NCBI GenBank assembly: GCA_035510735.1 | Contig: DATKGN010000003.1 | Span: 14,208 to 78,207, forward strand | Direction of reading: 5' to 3' | Length of the DNA: 64,000 nucleotides | Source: Patescibacteria group bacterium | GTDB taxonomy: Bacteria; Patescibacteriota; Microgenomatia; UBA10105; UBA927 | Shown here: piece by piece, positions 19,001 to 29,394 of the stretch | Numbering within the stretch: the first letter of the stretch is position 1 | Layout of the letters: each line of letters starts with the position of its first letter | The notes under the pieces: model-generated | Told to the model about the DNA's origin: nothing | Databases searched by the model: none | Seen by the model: the letters and a program-made list of their open reading frames with translations, nothing else | Program-made: the position numbers and the translations under genes

Positions 19001-20067
19001 CGTCGCTTGATGATGCAGCCGCGATGGCAAAACTCGATCCTTCAAACGTCGTTGGGTCGACAGGGATGTTTCCCGAGCAGTGTAAACAGGCGTGGGAAGA
19101 AAGTTCTTCGATCGTATTTCCCAAGGCGTATGACAATATCTACAACATCGTTGTATGCGGTATGGGGGGCTCACGGTTTACTCCAAAGACGATTAAAGAA
19201 TTGTTCCGCGACCGCATCCATGAGCCGTACGAAATAGTCGAAGACTACACACTCCCTGATTATGTCGACCACGATACACTCGTTATTTTGTCCTCATTTT
19301 CAGGAACGACGGAAGAGGTGATTGCGTGCTCCAAAGACGCAATCAAGCGCGGCGCTCGGTTGACGGCGGTCGTTCAAGGCGGTCCGATAGGGCAAATGAT
19401 GCGCGACATGAAATTGCCGGCGTATATCTTTGATCCGAAGTTCAATCCGTGCGGCCAGCCGAGGATTGGTGGGGGATATCTCCTGATGGGGCATTTGGGA
19501 ATATTGAAGGCGCTTTCATTGATAGACATTACGAATGAAGAGGTCGCTGAGGCAATCGAATGGGCGCGTTTAATCGGAAAACCATACGGAGCGGAAGTAC
19601 CAACGGACAAAAATCCAGCCAAACTTCTTGCCTTGAAATTAAAAGACCAGCACCCGTTTATCATCACTGCAGAATTCTTAAAAGGCTTTGGCAATGCGTT
19701 TGCGAACCAAATCAACGAAACGGCGAAAATGATCTCAGATTACCGTTATATTTCGGAACTCAACCATCATCTGATGGAAGGACTGAAGCGGCCTGAAACA
19801 CTACACAAAAACGGTTTATTTGTTTTTGTAAAATCAGATCTTTACAGTGAGCCGATCAAAAAACGTTTTGCGATTACCGCCGAAGTGGTTGGCAAACAGC
19901 AGGTAAAAACGCTGGATATTACGCTTACCGGCAAAACAAAACTTGCCACAACGCTTGAAGCATTCACTCTTTCGGGTTTTACGACATTTTATATGGCAAT
20001 GCTTTATGACACGGATCCGGTCGCTATCCCCTGGGTCACCTACTTTAAAGAACAATTGGCAAAATAA
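18997..20067 (+). CDS. Bifunctional phosphoglucose/phosphomannose isomerase (SIS domain)
   Basis: SIS motifs VVCGMGGS and LVILSSFSGTTEE. The start overlaps the upstream gene. Confidence 0.65.
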   Translation: MTSLDDAAAMAKLDPSNVVGSTGMFPEQCKQAWEESSSIVFPKAYDNIYNIVVCGMGGSRFTPKTIKELFRDRIHEPYEIVEDYTLPDYVDHDTLVILSSFSGTTEEVIACSKDAIKRGARLTAVVQGGPIGQMMRDMKLPAYIFDPKFNPCGQPRIGGGYLLMGHLGILKALSLIDITNEEVAEAIEWARLIGKPYGAEVPTDKNPAKLLALKLKDQHPFIITAEFLKGFGNAFANQINETAKMISDYRYISELNHHLMEGLKRPETLHKNGLFVFVKSDLYSEPIKKRFAITAEVVGKQQVKTLDITLTGKTKLATTLEAFTLSGFTTFYMAMLYDTDPVAIPWVTYFKEQLAK

Positions 20068-20073
20068 CAGATA

Positions 20074-21642
20074 CTACATTTGGTCAGCGATTTTTATCGC
20101 TTCATTGATACGTTGTTCCATATGTCGTAAAGTCATGTTGTAAGGCATTGATTCTTCGAGCATCGTATAAAACCTTCTATTTATCCAATCTCTCTGGAAC
20201 GAGCTTGAAGGCCAACTAAATTCAGCGACCTCTAATTCAAGAATTTTTCTGTATAATTTCATACAAAAAGATTGGAGTTTGCTAGGTGCTAAAAGTGGAG
20301 CAATGATAGACAACGCCATTTTGTCGTCCAGGGTATGTGGATTTAGCTGGAGTATTCGCATAATATATTTCTTGGCTTCTACAGGGTTAATTTGGCTGTT
20401 TTTTAATTCAGAAAGCGTATCCGACTGATCAGCCAATGAAAACCAAGTAGTTATGTGACGGAGGCCTTTTGTAATAGTCGGCGATTCTCTGAAACCAACG
20501 ATTTTCATCGCATGATCAAGTCTCTGATTTAGTTGCTCATTTGTGATTCCTGAAGGAGCCGTAGCTATTATTTTCTGCTGAAAAATTTTCTTTGTTTCCT
20601 CTAATCGAAAATTTCCGGGTTGTGTATATTCAGCCATTTCAAGCTCAGTTACTAAGCGTGAAAGTATTGCACCCTGAGCAAATTTATACCCGGTGTGTCG
20701 ACGCACTGAAAGGAGCTTTTGTGTCATTACATCATATTTACCCAATTCACTGGATATGTTTGATAAAGAATCAGAAAGTCTTAATGCATCTATCATTTCG
20801 TGGACTTTATAGTCATCTTTTATATTTTTTATACCCTCGGTGATGGCAGCAGCACTTAACGCAACAGCAGCTGCCAATGCAGTATTTGATGCTATTTGAG
20901 CATATTCGGGGTAATGTTTAGATGCTAATTCCATTGTCATATATAAACCAATTACAGTAGAATTCCATAATGAATGGGATAGAATAGAGCGTTTAATTCC
21001 ACCCTCAGCTGCAAGCTTCGTTTGGAACGATGCCCATAGAAATTTTGAGAGAAACGGGGCATTCACAAACTGGTATGACTTCCAGGTTAAGTCAGAAATT
21101 GAAGACACAACTTTATCACTTATAGGTAGAATTTTACCGAATGGTTCGGCATCTTTAGGATTATGCCCAGAAGCAAACAGCGTGTTTACATAGTATCTCC
21201 CGTATGCAGGGTATAGTTCTTTTTCAGAACCTAATGTTTTAACAAGAAAGTCAGCGGGTAGTCCACGAAACACAAACTCCTCTATTAAAGGCGCGGTAAC
21301 GATAGCTTGTAAAATTATAGTGTATTGTTGGGCAGTGAGATTCAGGTCGATAGCGGAGGCCGTTATTGCAGTTAAGCCTAATCCGATGGTGAGCCCAGCT
21401 ATTCGTCCATATGTATCCATACTTGATGTATTTTGTTTAAATTCAGAAGGCGCCGCGAGAGTCAGCTCTCTGGCCATATCTCGTGCTCTGTCCATAAATT
21501 TGTCAATCACATCGGCGGGTATTTGATTTGTTAATCTATCTCGTTTGGAATGTAATAGGTCTTCGAATTCTATGAGCGCATTCGGTTCAGGATTTATGGC
21601 ATTTTGAGGTTCTCGTAGCGTACTTTTATCGAGATTGTTCAT
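20074..21642 (-). CDS. Hypothetical protein: N-terminal CPBP-type (CAAX protease-like) membrane domain fused to a roughly 300 aa unknown domain
   Basis: Motif 1 LIEEFVFRG, plus a HSLWNS motif and transmembrane segments. The C-terminal two thirds have no match I recognise. Confidence 0.45.
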   Translation of the reverse strand: MNNLDKSTLREPQNAINPEPNALIEFEDLLHSKRDRLTNQIPADVIDKFMDRARDMARELTLAAPSEFKQNTSSMDTYGRIAGLTIGLGLTAITASAIDLNLTAQQYTIILQAIVTAPLIEEFVFRGLPADFLVKTLGSEKELYPAYGRYYVNTLFASGHNPKDAEPFGKILPISDKVVSSISDLTWKSYQFVNAPFLSKFLWASFQTKLAAEGGIKRSILSHSLWNSTVIGLYMTMELASKHYPEYAQIASNTALAAAVALSAAAITEGIKNIKDDYKVHEMIDALRLSDSLSNISSELGKYDVMTQKLLSVRRHTGYKFAQGAILSRLVTELEMAEYTQPGNFRLEETKKIFQQKIIATAPSGITNEQLNQRLDHAMKIVGFRESPTITKGLRHITTWFSLADQSDTLSELKNSQINPVEAKKYIMRILQLNPHTLDDKMALSIIAPLLAPSKLQSFCMKLYRKILELEVAEFSWPSSSFQRDWINRRFYTMLEESMPYNMTLRHMEQRINEAIKIADQM

Positions 21643-21903
21643 GAAAGTATATTAATATTATCTCTGTTGGCGACGGACTTACGATATACATCTTAAGCAT
21701 ACCCGATTTGTTGAGAATTCTATTTAGACATATTGGTTTAATAATACTTATGTAATAATACTTATGTCAAACTTAGCACTTGCACAATCGATAAAATTTA
21801 TCCATACTGGTTATATGAGAGGGTATAACTTCAAACGGGTCTTCTTACATCAATCAACAGACATATATAGTATTCACAATAGTTTTAGAAGGGAGATATC
21901 TCT

Positions 21904-24156
21904 ATGACAGCGCCATTTGTTGTTTGGTTTAAGGATATTGATAAAGGAGACGGAGCAACTGTCGGTGGAAAAGGCGCTAATCTGGGTGAAATGACCAGAG
22001 CCGGATTTCCGGTGCCTCCCGGGTTTGTCGTGACTGTCCACGCCTATCAGGCATTTTTAGACGCAACCCATATCAAAAGTAAAATGGAGGAAGCGCTTCA
22101 TGGTTTGGATGTTTCAGACAGTAAAGCACTGGAGGAAGCGGCCAAAAAAGCGGAGCACATTATCACTCGCAGTGAATTTCCGAAAGAAATAGCGACAGAA
22201 ATTATTAATGCTTATTTTAAGTTAAGCGGCGGAAGTTTGAAGCACGCGCTTGTGGCCGTACGATCATCAGCTACCGCTGAAGATCTTGCCGGCGCGTCAT
22301 TTGCCGGTCAACAGGCGACATTTTTAAATGTCAGCGGAGAAGCAAATCTTATTGAAAAAGTCAAAGAAGCGTGGGCTTCGCTTTTTACCGCGAGGGCCAT
22401 ATTTTACCGCCAGACGAACAAATTTGATCATTTTAAGGTTGGCATCGCCGTTCCGGTTCAAAAAATGGTTGAATCGGAAAAATCAGGAATTATGTTTACA
22501 CTTAATCCTGTCACGAATGATAAAAGCCGTGTGACCATTGAGGCAATATTCGGTTTAGGTGAAATGATCGTTCAGGGCGCAGTGACCCCGGATCATTACG
22601 AAGTGGATAAAGCAACCGATAAGATTATTGTCAATGAGCCCCATGTTCAGGAAAAGCAGATGATTCGAAAAGGCGGAGCCAACCACATCCTTCCTTTGAC
22701 GAAGGCTGAGGGCGGAAAAACGAAGCTGACCGACGAGGAAATCGTGGCAATTGCCAATCTCGGAAAAAGGTTGGAAAAACATTATTACTTTCCGCAGGAC
22801 AGTGAATGGGCTGTTGAGGGCGGCAAGATTTACCTTGTTCAGACAAGGCCGATTACGACGATCGGTAAGGAAGCGGTTAAACAATCTGTTGTCCAGGCCG
22901 AAGTTTTTGCCAAAGGCGACCCAGCAAGTCCCGGTATGGCATCAGGCCCGGTGAAAATATTATTGTCAGCCAAAGAAATCGGCAAAATTGTAACCGGCGA
23001 CGTACTTGTTGCCGAGCAGACGAATCCTGATTTCGTTCCTGCCATGCGCAAAGCCGTCGCAATTGTGACGGAGCGCGGCGGTCGTACATCTCATGCAGCA
23101 ATTGTGTCGCGGGAGCTTGGTATTCCTGCGGTTGTCGGAGCCAAGGACGTCCGTAAATTACTGAAAGACGGTATGGTGATCACGGTGAACGGAACGACGG
23201 GAGAAGTGTATAAAGGGTCTGTACATCAGGCTACACCAACTCAAATTAAGGTTGCCCATCAGGAACACATGAAAACGGCGACCAAAGTATATGTGAATTT
23301 GGCAGAGCCAAGCCGTGCGGAGGTGGTGTCAAAAATGAATGCAGACGGCGTCGGATTACTGCGCGCTGAATTCATGATCGCCGATATTGGCACCCATCCT
23401 AAGAAATTGATTGCGGATCATAAAGAACATGTGTTTATCGATACGCTTGCGGAAAAAATATCAATATTCTGTTCTACATTTTCACCGCGGCCGGTTGTCT
23501 ATAGAGCCACGGATTTTAAAACCAATGAGTACAGAAATCTCAAGGGCGGGCAGGCATTTGAACCGGAAGAGCCCAATCCGATGCTGGGATTCAGAGGCGC
23601 CGCCCGGTATGTCGCTGATTCACGGGTTTTTGAGATGGAACTTGAGGCGATAAAAAAAGTAAGACATCACCATGAAAACCTGCATCTCATGATTCCGTTT
23701 GTGAGGAATCCCAAAGAACTCATGGATGTCAAAAAGCTTATGGAGGCCAGCGGATTGTCAAGGTCGTCTAAGTTTAAGTTATGGCTCATGTGTGAGATAC
23801 CGACTAATGTCATACGTCTTAATGATTTTCTTGATGTTGGCATTGACGGAGTTTCCATTGGTTCTAATGATCTGACGATGCTTGTATTGGGTACGGACCG
23901 CGATAATAGCGAGGTCGCTCATGATTTTTCGGAAATGGATCCTGCGGTTCTGTGGGCTTTTGAACACGTGGTGAAGACATGTGTCAAACGCGGTGTGACC
24001 TGCTCGATGTGCGGGCAGGCGCCGTCCGATTATCCCGATCTTGTGGAAAAGCTGGTCTCATGGGGCATTACAAGCGTATCGGTGAATCCCGACGCTATTG
24101 ACCACGTGCGGGAGACGATTTACGAATCTGAGAAGAAATTAGTTCATCATAAATAA
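21904..24156 (+). CDS. ppsA: Phosphoenolpyruvate synthase (pyruvate, water dikinase)
   Basis: N-terminal GGKGANLGEM; phosphohistidine region TERGGRTSHAAIVSRELGIPAVVG; a C-terminal PEP-utilising TIM-barrel region. Confidence 0.85.
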   Translation: MTAPFVVWFKDIDKGDGATVGGKGANLGEMTRAGFPVPPGFVVTVHAYQAFLDATHIKSKMEEALHGLDVSDSKALEEAAKKAEHIITRSEFPKEIATEIINAYFKLSGGSLKHALVAVRSSATAEDLAGASFAGQQATFLNVSGEANLIEKVKEAWASLFTARAIFYRQTNKFDHFKVGIAVPVQKMVESEKSGIMFTLNPVTNDKSRVTIEAIFGLGEMIVQGAVTPDHYEVDKATDKIIVNEPHVQEKQMIRKGGANHILPLTKAEGGKTKLTDEEIVAIANLGKRLEKHYYFPQDSEWAVEGGKIYLVQTRPITTIGKEAVKQSVVQAEVFAKGDPASPGMASGPVKILLSAKEIGKIVTGDVLVAEQTNPDFVPAMRKAVAIVTERGGRTSHAAIVSRELGIPAVVGAKDVRKLLKDGMVITVNGTTGEVYKGSVHQATPTQIKVAHQEHMKTATKVYVNLAEPSRAEVVSKMNADGVGLLRAEFMIADIGTHPKKLIADHKEHVFIDTLAEKISIFCSTFSPRPVVYRATDFKTNEYRNLKGGQAFEPEEPNPMLGFRGAARYVADSRVFEMELEAIKKVRHHHENLHLMIPFVRNPKELMDVKKLMEASGLSRSSKFKLWLMCEIPTNVIRLNDFLDVGIDGVSIGSNDLTMLVLGTDRDNSEVAHDFSEMDPAVLWAFEHVVKTCVKRGVTCSMCGQAPSDYPDLVEKLVSWGITSVSVNPDAIDHVRETIYESEKKLVHHK

Positions 24157-24159
24157 TAT

Positions 24160-25428
24160 ATGGATGGCTCAAAAATTTATTCCGTCACAGCGCGGGAAAT
24201 TCTTGATTCCCGTGGCAACCCGACGCTCGAAACAACGGTGATTTTAGAGAGCGGTTACCGCGCGACTTCGGGTGTTCCTTCTGGCGCGTCAGTCGGGAAA
24301 TACGAGGCGGTAGAGCTCCGCGATGGAGATAACAAACGGTATAACGGAAAAGGCGTGCTTAAAGCAGTAGAAAATGTTAATACTGTCATCGCCCCTAAAT
24401 TAAAAGGCTTGGATGCAACGGATCAGGGAGCAATCGATAAACTTATGATTGACCTTGACGGTACGCCGAATAAGGCAAAATTGGGCGCCAACAGTATTTT
24501 GGGTGTCTCTCTGGCCGCAGCTGCTGCATCGGCGAATCTGGAGCGTGTGCCCTTGTATCAATATCTTAATATCCTCGCAAACAACGGTAAACCATCGCGA
24601 ATGGTCAAAATCCCTACACCGACGTTTAACGTGATAAACGGCGGTAAACATGGTGGCGGCAACCTGGATTTTCAGGAATACCATATAGTACCGGCGACAA
24701 ACAAGCCGTTTCGCGACGCGCTCCGCATGGGAGTCGAGTTGTATCATGCCGTAAAACAATTACTCATTAATAGAGGAGCAGCACACTCAACCGGCGACGA
24801 AGGCGGATTCGCACCGAATTTGTCAACAAATATGGATCCACTGGAAGTGTTAAATGAAGCGATCAGGACAAGTACATACCGTTTTGGGGTGGATGTTTTT
24901 TTCGGTCTTGATATCGCTGCAACGTCATTTAAAAGTGACCGAGGGTATCAGATCAAAGACCGGCCCGTTGCCTACCGGACCCAGGAATTTATTTCCTATA
25001 TCAAAGAATTACATAAAATTTATCGGTTGCTTATTCTTGAGGATCCGCTCGGCGAAGATGATTGGGACGGTTGGATAGAAATTAACAGTGATTTAGGCCG
25101 AGAGATGCTGATTGTGGGAGATGACCTTTTAACCACAAATCCTGAACGGCTGAAACACGCGATTGAAAAACATGCATGTTCTGCCATTCTTTTAAAACCT
25201 AATCAAATCGGAACACTGACGGAATTTTTATCGGTCGTTGCTCTTGCAAAGAAGAATGATATTAAATGCATTGTTTCCCATAGAAGCGGTGAAACGAATG
25301 ATACCTTCATATCAGATCTTGCCGTTGCCATACAATCAGACTATGTAAAGTTCGGCGCACCGGCTCGTGGTGAACGCGTAGCGAAATATAACAGGCTACT
25401 TCAAATTGAGTCTGAATTATCTCTGTAA
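24160..25428 (+). CDS. eno: Enolase
   Basis: KIYSVTAREILDSRGNPTLE; SHRSGETNDTFISDLAVA. Confidence 0.95.
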   Translation: MDGSKIYSVTAREILDSRGNPTLETTVILESGYRATSGVPSGASVGKYEAVELRDGDNKRYNGKGVLKAVENVNTVIAPKLKGLDATDQGAIDKLMIDLDGTPNKAKLGANSILGVSLAAAAASANLERVPLYQYLNILANNGKPSRMVKIPTPTFNVINGGKHGGGNLDFQEYHIVPATNKPFRDALRMGVELYHAVKQLLINRGAAHSTGDEGGFAPNLSTNMDPLEVLNEAIRTSTYRFGVDVFFGLDIAATSFKSDRGYQIKDRPVAYRTQEFISYIKELHKIYRLLILEDPLGEDDWDGWIEINSDLGREMLIVGDDLLTTNPERLKHAIEKHACSAILLKPNQIGTLTEFLSVVALAKKNDIKCIVSHRSGETNDTFISDLAVAIQSDYVKFGAPARGERVAKYNRLLQIESELSL

Positions 25429-25574
25429 GAGTTAATTTCTGGTACTTGCGTTAGATAAATGAGCATGATACGGTAGATATGTTACGAGGATTCCTGCCCA
25501 CCACTAATCCGCGAGCGGGTTTCTTCATCTGTAAAGAAAAAAACGTAATAGGTTTTCTATAAAGGAGGAGCGCT

Positions 25575-26681
25575 ATGAAGGTTACTATTTCAGTTATCAA
25601 AGCAGACACGGGTTCTGTGGGCGGTCATAATAAACCCAGTGAGCCGATGGTTGCAAAAGCCAAGGAACGAGTGGCCGAAGGACTAAAAAGCGGTCTATTG
25701 ACGGATGGAAGAGTGACATACACCGGCGATGATATCGCGCTCCTTATGATTCACGCACGGGGTATTGATAATCCGGATATTCATAAATTTGCATGGGATA
25801 CGTTCGTTGAAACGACAAAAATAGCCAAAAGCCAGGGGCTTTATGGTGCCGGTCAGGATCTTCTCAAAGATGCATTTTCGGGAAACGTTCGGGGTATGGG
25901 CCCGGGTTCTGCCGAAATGGAAATCGATGAGCGTCCCGCTGAGCCTTTTATCGTATTTGCCGGGGATAAATGCGGACCGGGTGTGTTTAATTACCCGCTT
26001 TTTGAATGTTTCGCCAATCCGTATCATAACGCAGGATTGCTCCTCGCGCCTGAGATGAACGCGGGATTTACGTATAACATCATGGATGTTAATTACACGG
26101 AAGCAGATAAAGTAGTCACACTCAAAGTTCCGGTCGATTATTATGACATCTGCACACTCTTACGTGATCCAAACCACTACGTTATAGAGAGCGTAATCGA
26201 GAATGCAACCGGGCTTACGGCTGCCGTTGCATCGACAAGCAGGCTCCATAATATAGCGGGTAAATATGTTGGCAAAGACGATCCGGTCGCTATTGTCCGA
26301 ACGCAAAAGCAGTTTCCGTCAACTGGCGAGATATTATCGCCATGGGCGCTTGCTCACTACACACTCGGTGACAACCGGGGTAGTCATCATGTCGCCGTTA
26401 TGCCGGTCAAGCAAAATACGATTATTTCATATTTTGACGGTCCGACCATTATGTCGGCAGCAGGATACTGTGTTCATGAAGGAAAACTGACCGAGGCGGT
26501 AGATTATTTCGATCAGCCATTTTGGGATCTTATCCGCGAAAAGGCGTCCAAAAAGACGCTCGAAATTCGGGCACAGGGTTTCTATGGACCGTCAATGGCG
26601 GCTATGGATGAGCTTGAGTATACGGGAGTTATGGAAAACCTCAAGCGTTTAGGCCAAAAATTCACAGTTCGTGCAAAATAA
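25575..26681 (+). CDS. fbp: Bifunctional fructose-1,6-bisphosphate aldolase/phosphatase (archaeal class V type)
   Basis: MKVTISVIKADTGSVGGH...YGAGQDLLKDAFSGNVRGMGPG matches my recollection of archaeal FBPA/P. A strong RBS AAAGGAGGAG precedes it. Confidence 0.75.
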   Translation: MKVTISVIKADTGSVGGHNKPSEPMVAKAKERVAEGLKSGLLTDGRVTYTGDDIALLMIHARGIDNPDIHKFAWDTFVETTKIAKSQGLYGAGQDLLKDAFSGNVRGMGPGSAEMEIDERPAEPFIVFAGDKCGPGVFNYPLFECFANPYHNAGLLLAPEMNAGFTYNIMDVNYTEADKVVTLKVPVDYYDICTLLRDPNHYVIESVIENATGLTAAVASTSRLHNIAGKYVGKDDPVAIVRTQKQFPSTGEILSPWALAHYTLGDNRGSHHVAVMPVKQNTIISYFDGPTIMSAAGYCVHEGKLTEAVDYFDQPFWDLIREKASKKTLEIRAQGFYGPSMAAMDELEYTGVMENLKRLGQKFTVRAK

Positions 26682-26683
26682 CG

Positions 26684-28426
26684 TTGCTTATGGATACACC
26701 TCCAGCCGAATTTATTCGGAAAGATAAAGCGTCCTTTCGGGTGGCCCCGAATCTGCCTGATTACGAGGTGGCCACGAAGTCGAATCCATGGGATGCAATC
26801 AAAGGAGAGTTAACGTATTTTGACGATGGTGGAGTGAACCTTGCATATAACGCCATCGACCGGCATGTCGGAACTCCTATTGAAGGGAAAATGGCACTTC
26901 TCTGGGAGGGAGATAACGGGGCTACGGCGCACTACACATTCGGTGAGATGGCGCGACTATCCAATCAATATGCTAATTTCCTGACCGGTCTCGGAGTTGT
27001 GAAAGGGGACCGTGTGTTTATGTTTCTCCCCAGGATTCCGGTGTTATATGCGGCGTTTTTAGGCATATTGAAGACGGGCGCGATCGCGGGAAGTCTATTC
27101 AGCGCATTTCAGGAACAGGCGCTCGTTGACCGGCTTGCAAACAGTGAAGCGAAGGTCTTATTTACCACAAAGGAACTCTCTTCACGATTAGCCAATGCAA
27201 AGGAAAAGCTCCCGAAATTGGAACATATTGTTATCGTTGACAGCCCGGAGTTTTTAGGCGGGATTGCCAAACAGAAAGATACCTTTTCCTGCGTCCACAC
27301 AAAGCCTGAAGATTATTCGTTCATGCTCTATACCTCAGGAACGACCGGTAAACCCAAAGGTGTTGTACATGTGCACAAAGGGATTCTCCATGAGTATGTG
27401 ACGGCAAAATGGGTTTTGGACCTTCATCCTGACGATATCTATTGGTGCACAGCTGACCCGGGCTGGGTCACGGGCATCGTATATGGCATATTGGCCCCCT
27501 GGATGCTCGGAGTGACGATGGTTGTCCATGCGGGACGGTTTGATCCGGATGTGTGGTACTCGCTCCTTGAAAAATATAAAGTAACCGTCTGGTATACAGC
27601 GCCCACAGCGATCCGGATGCTTATGGCAAAAGGTGAAGAACCCGTGAAAGCACATAACCTTACCTCACTTCGTCATTTGTGCAGCGTTGGCGAACCTCTT
27701 AATCCCGAAGCGATACGTTGGGGAGTTAAAGTATTTGGCCTTGCCTTTCACGATACCTGGTGGCAGACCGAAACCGGTGGGCAGATGATGGTCAATTTCC
27801 CGTGCACCGATATAAAAGTGGGTTCGATGGGGCGGCCGTTTCCCGGCATTGAGGCGGCAATTGTGGATGACAAGGGAAACGTGCTCGCTGATAAAACCGA
27901 AGGGAATCTGGCGTTTAGGCCCGGCTGGCCGTCCATGATGGTCACGGTTTGGCAAAATGAGGAAAAGTATAAGTCGTATTTCGTAAACGGCTGGTACATA
28001 TCCGGCGACCACGCATGGAGGGATGAGGGCGGGTATTATTGGTTTATCGGACGGGCCGATGATGTCATCAAAACCTCGGGCGAGCGGGTTGGTCCGTTTG
28101 AGGTGGAGTCAGCGCTTGTTGAGCACCCGGCAGTTGCAGAGGCCGGTGTTATCGGTAAACCTGATGAACTCCGCGGTGAGATCGTCAAAGCATTCGTCGT
28201 TCTTAAAGATCCGAAAAAATATAGCGATACCGCTTCCCAGGAAGCGCTCAAAAAAGAACTCGCAGATTTTGTAAAAAAGCACCTTGCAGGACACGCATAT
28301 CCGAGGGAAATATCATTTATCGATAAATTGCCAAAAACGAGAAGCGGGAAAATCATGCGCCGGATCCTCAAAGCCCAGGAATTAGGGCAGCCCATCGGCG
28401 ACACCTCAACACTTGAAGAATATTAA
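26684..28426 (+). CDS. AMP-forming acyl-CoA synthetase (acetyl-CoA synthetase family)
   Basis: AMP-binding motif YTSGTTGKPKGV; a C-terminal PKTRSGKIMRR segment. Confidence 0.8.
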   Translation: MLMDTPPAEFIRKDKASFRVAPNLPDYEVATKSNPWDAIKGELTYFDDGGVNLAYNAIDRHVGTPIEGKMALLWEGDNGATAHYTFGEMARLSNQYANFLTGLGVVKGDRVFMFLPRIPVLYAAFLGILKTGAIAGSLFSAFQEQALVDRLANSEAKVLFTTKELSSRLANAKEKLPKLEHIVIVDSPEFLGGIAKQKDTFSCVHTKPEDYSFMLYTSGTTGKPKGVVHVHKGILHEYVTAKWVLDLHPDDIYWCTADPGWVTGIVYGILAPWMLGVTMVVHAGRFDPDVWYSLLEKYKVTVWYTAPTAIRMLMAKGEEPVKAHNLTSLRHLCSVGEPLNPEAIRWGVKVFGLAFHDTWWQTETGGQMMVNFPCTDIKVGSMGRPFPGIEAAIVDDKGNVLADKTEGNLAFRPGWPSMMVTVWQNEEKYKSYFVNGWYISGDHAWRDEGGYYWFIGRADDVIKTSGERVGPFEVESALVEHPAVAEAGVIGKPDELRGEIVKAFVVLKDPKKYSDTASQEALKKELADFVKKHLAGHAYPREISFIDKLPKTRSGKIMRRILKAQELGQPIGDTSTLEEY

Positions 28427-28463
28427 TGACTCTCTTATAATCCCCTCATGACAATCGAGTATA

Positions 28464-28493
28464 AGGAGGTTGACAATTTAGATCCTCCTTTTT
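28464..28493 (+). terminator. Rho-independent-terminator-like hairpin after the acyl-CoA synthetase gene
   Basis: AGGAGG, then a 14 nt loop, then CCTCCT, followed by TTTTT. Confidence 0.4.
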
Positions 28494-28680
28494 GGGAATG
28501 CGTAACCTGTACATCAGCGGGAAGGTCTGGTGGTTATTCGGATGGAACACTTGAAAAGGTATTAGAAGATGCAGGAACCCATAACGTAGTTTTCGGTTTC
28601 CATAACATAACGGTTTACCTACGTACGGGTACAAAACCATCAGATGCAAGTGAGAATATCATCACAGACCAGCCGATGAA

Positions 28681-29385
28681 TTAATGAAACAGAAGAACAA
28701 GTTCACCCTTCGGCTCTGCGAAATGAATTATGGCTTCGGAAAGTGTTCCTCTCCACGTTTCTTCGTGAATTTTTGTTAGCTCGCGGGCAAGGACGATCTC
28801 AATATCTCCGAATGTTTGTTGAAGATCATGAAGGGTTTGCACTAACTTATGGGGCGCGCAGTAAAAAATAATGGTAGGGGAGAGGTGCTTATTGGTAAAA
28901 GAGGTTTTCAGGAGCTCAAAAAGATTTACACGTTGCCCCTCTTTTTCCGGCGGGTAGCCTAAGAAGAGGAATTTATCAGCGGGAAGTCCGGAGCTTGTTA
29001 GCGCAGCAATAACTGCAGACGGCCCCGGGATGCTTTCAACTTGAATGTTGCGCCTGAGGCATTCCCGAACAATTCTGAATCCCGGATCTGAGATCAGGGG
29101 CGTACCGGCATCGCTAACGAGCGCCAGGTGTTTCCCTTCTTCCAACAATCCGATAACTTCAGGGAGCTTCTTTTCCTCGATCTCATCATAATAGGGGATA
29201 AATGCCGGTTTCCAATCAGATGCTAGGTTAAATTGACTCCCCCACCTGCGGACAAGCTCCTGCATGAAAAGTCCTGTGTGCCGCGTATCCTCGGCCATAA
29301 TGGCATCGGCTGCAAAGAGCGTTTTAATAGCTCTGATAGTAATATCATCCTGATTGCCGATTGGCGTTGCGACTATTGAAAGCAT
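28681..29385 (-). CDS. rsmI: 16S rRNA (cytidine1402-2'-O)-methyltransferase
   Basis: MLSIVATPIGNQDDITIRAIKTL...AEDTRHT, a tetrapyrrole-methylase-fold N-terminus. Confidence 0.85.
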   Translation of the reverse strand: MLSIVATPIGNQDDITIRAIKTLFAADAIMAEDTRHTGLFMQELVRRWGSQFNLASDWKPAFIPYYDEIEEKKLPEVIGLLEEGKHLALVSDAGTPLISDPGFRIVRECLRRNIQVESIPGPSAVIAALTSSGLPADKFLFLGYPPEKEGQRVNLFELLKTSFTNKHLSPTIIFYCAPHKLVQTLHDLQQTFGDIEIVLARELTKIHEETWRGTLSEAIIHFAEPKGELVLLFH

Positions 29386-29394
29386 ATAAATCGA

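Noticed and set aside
28448-28684. 78 aa ORF between the acyl-CoA synthetase gene and rsmI.
   Set aside because: It contains a hairpin plus T-run terminator-like structure (28464-28493), has no RBS, and sits in a convergent intergenic region. It is probably non-coding.
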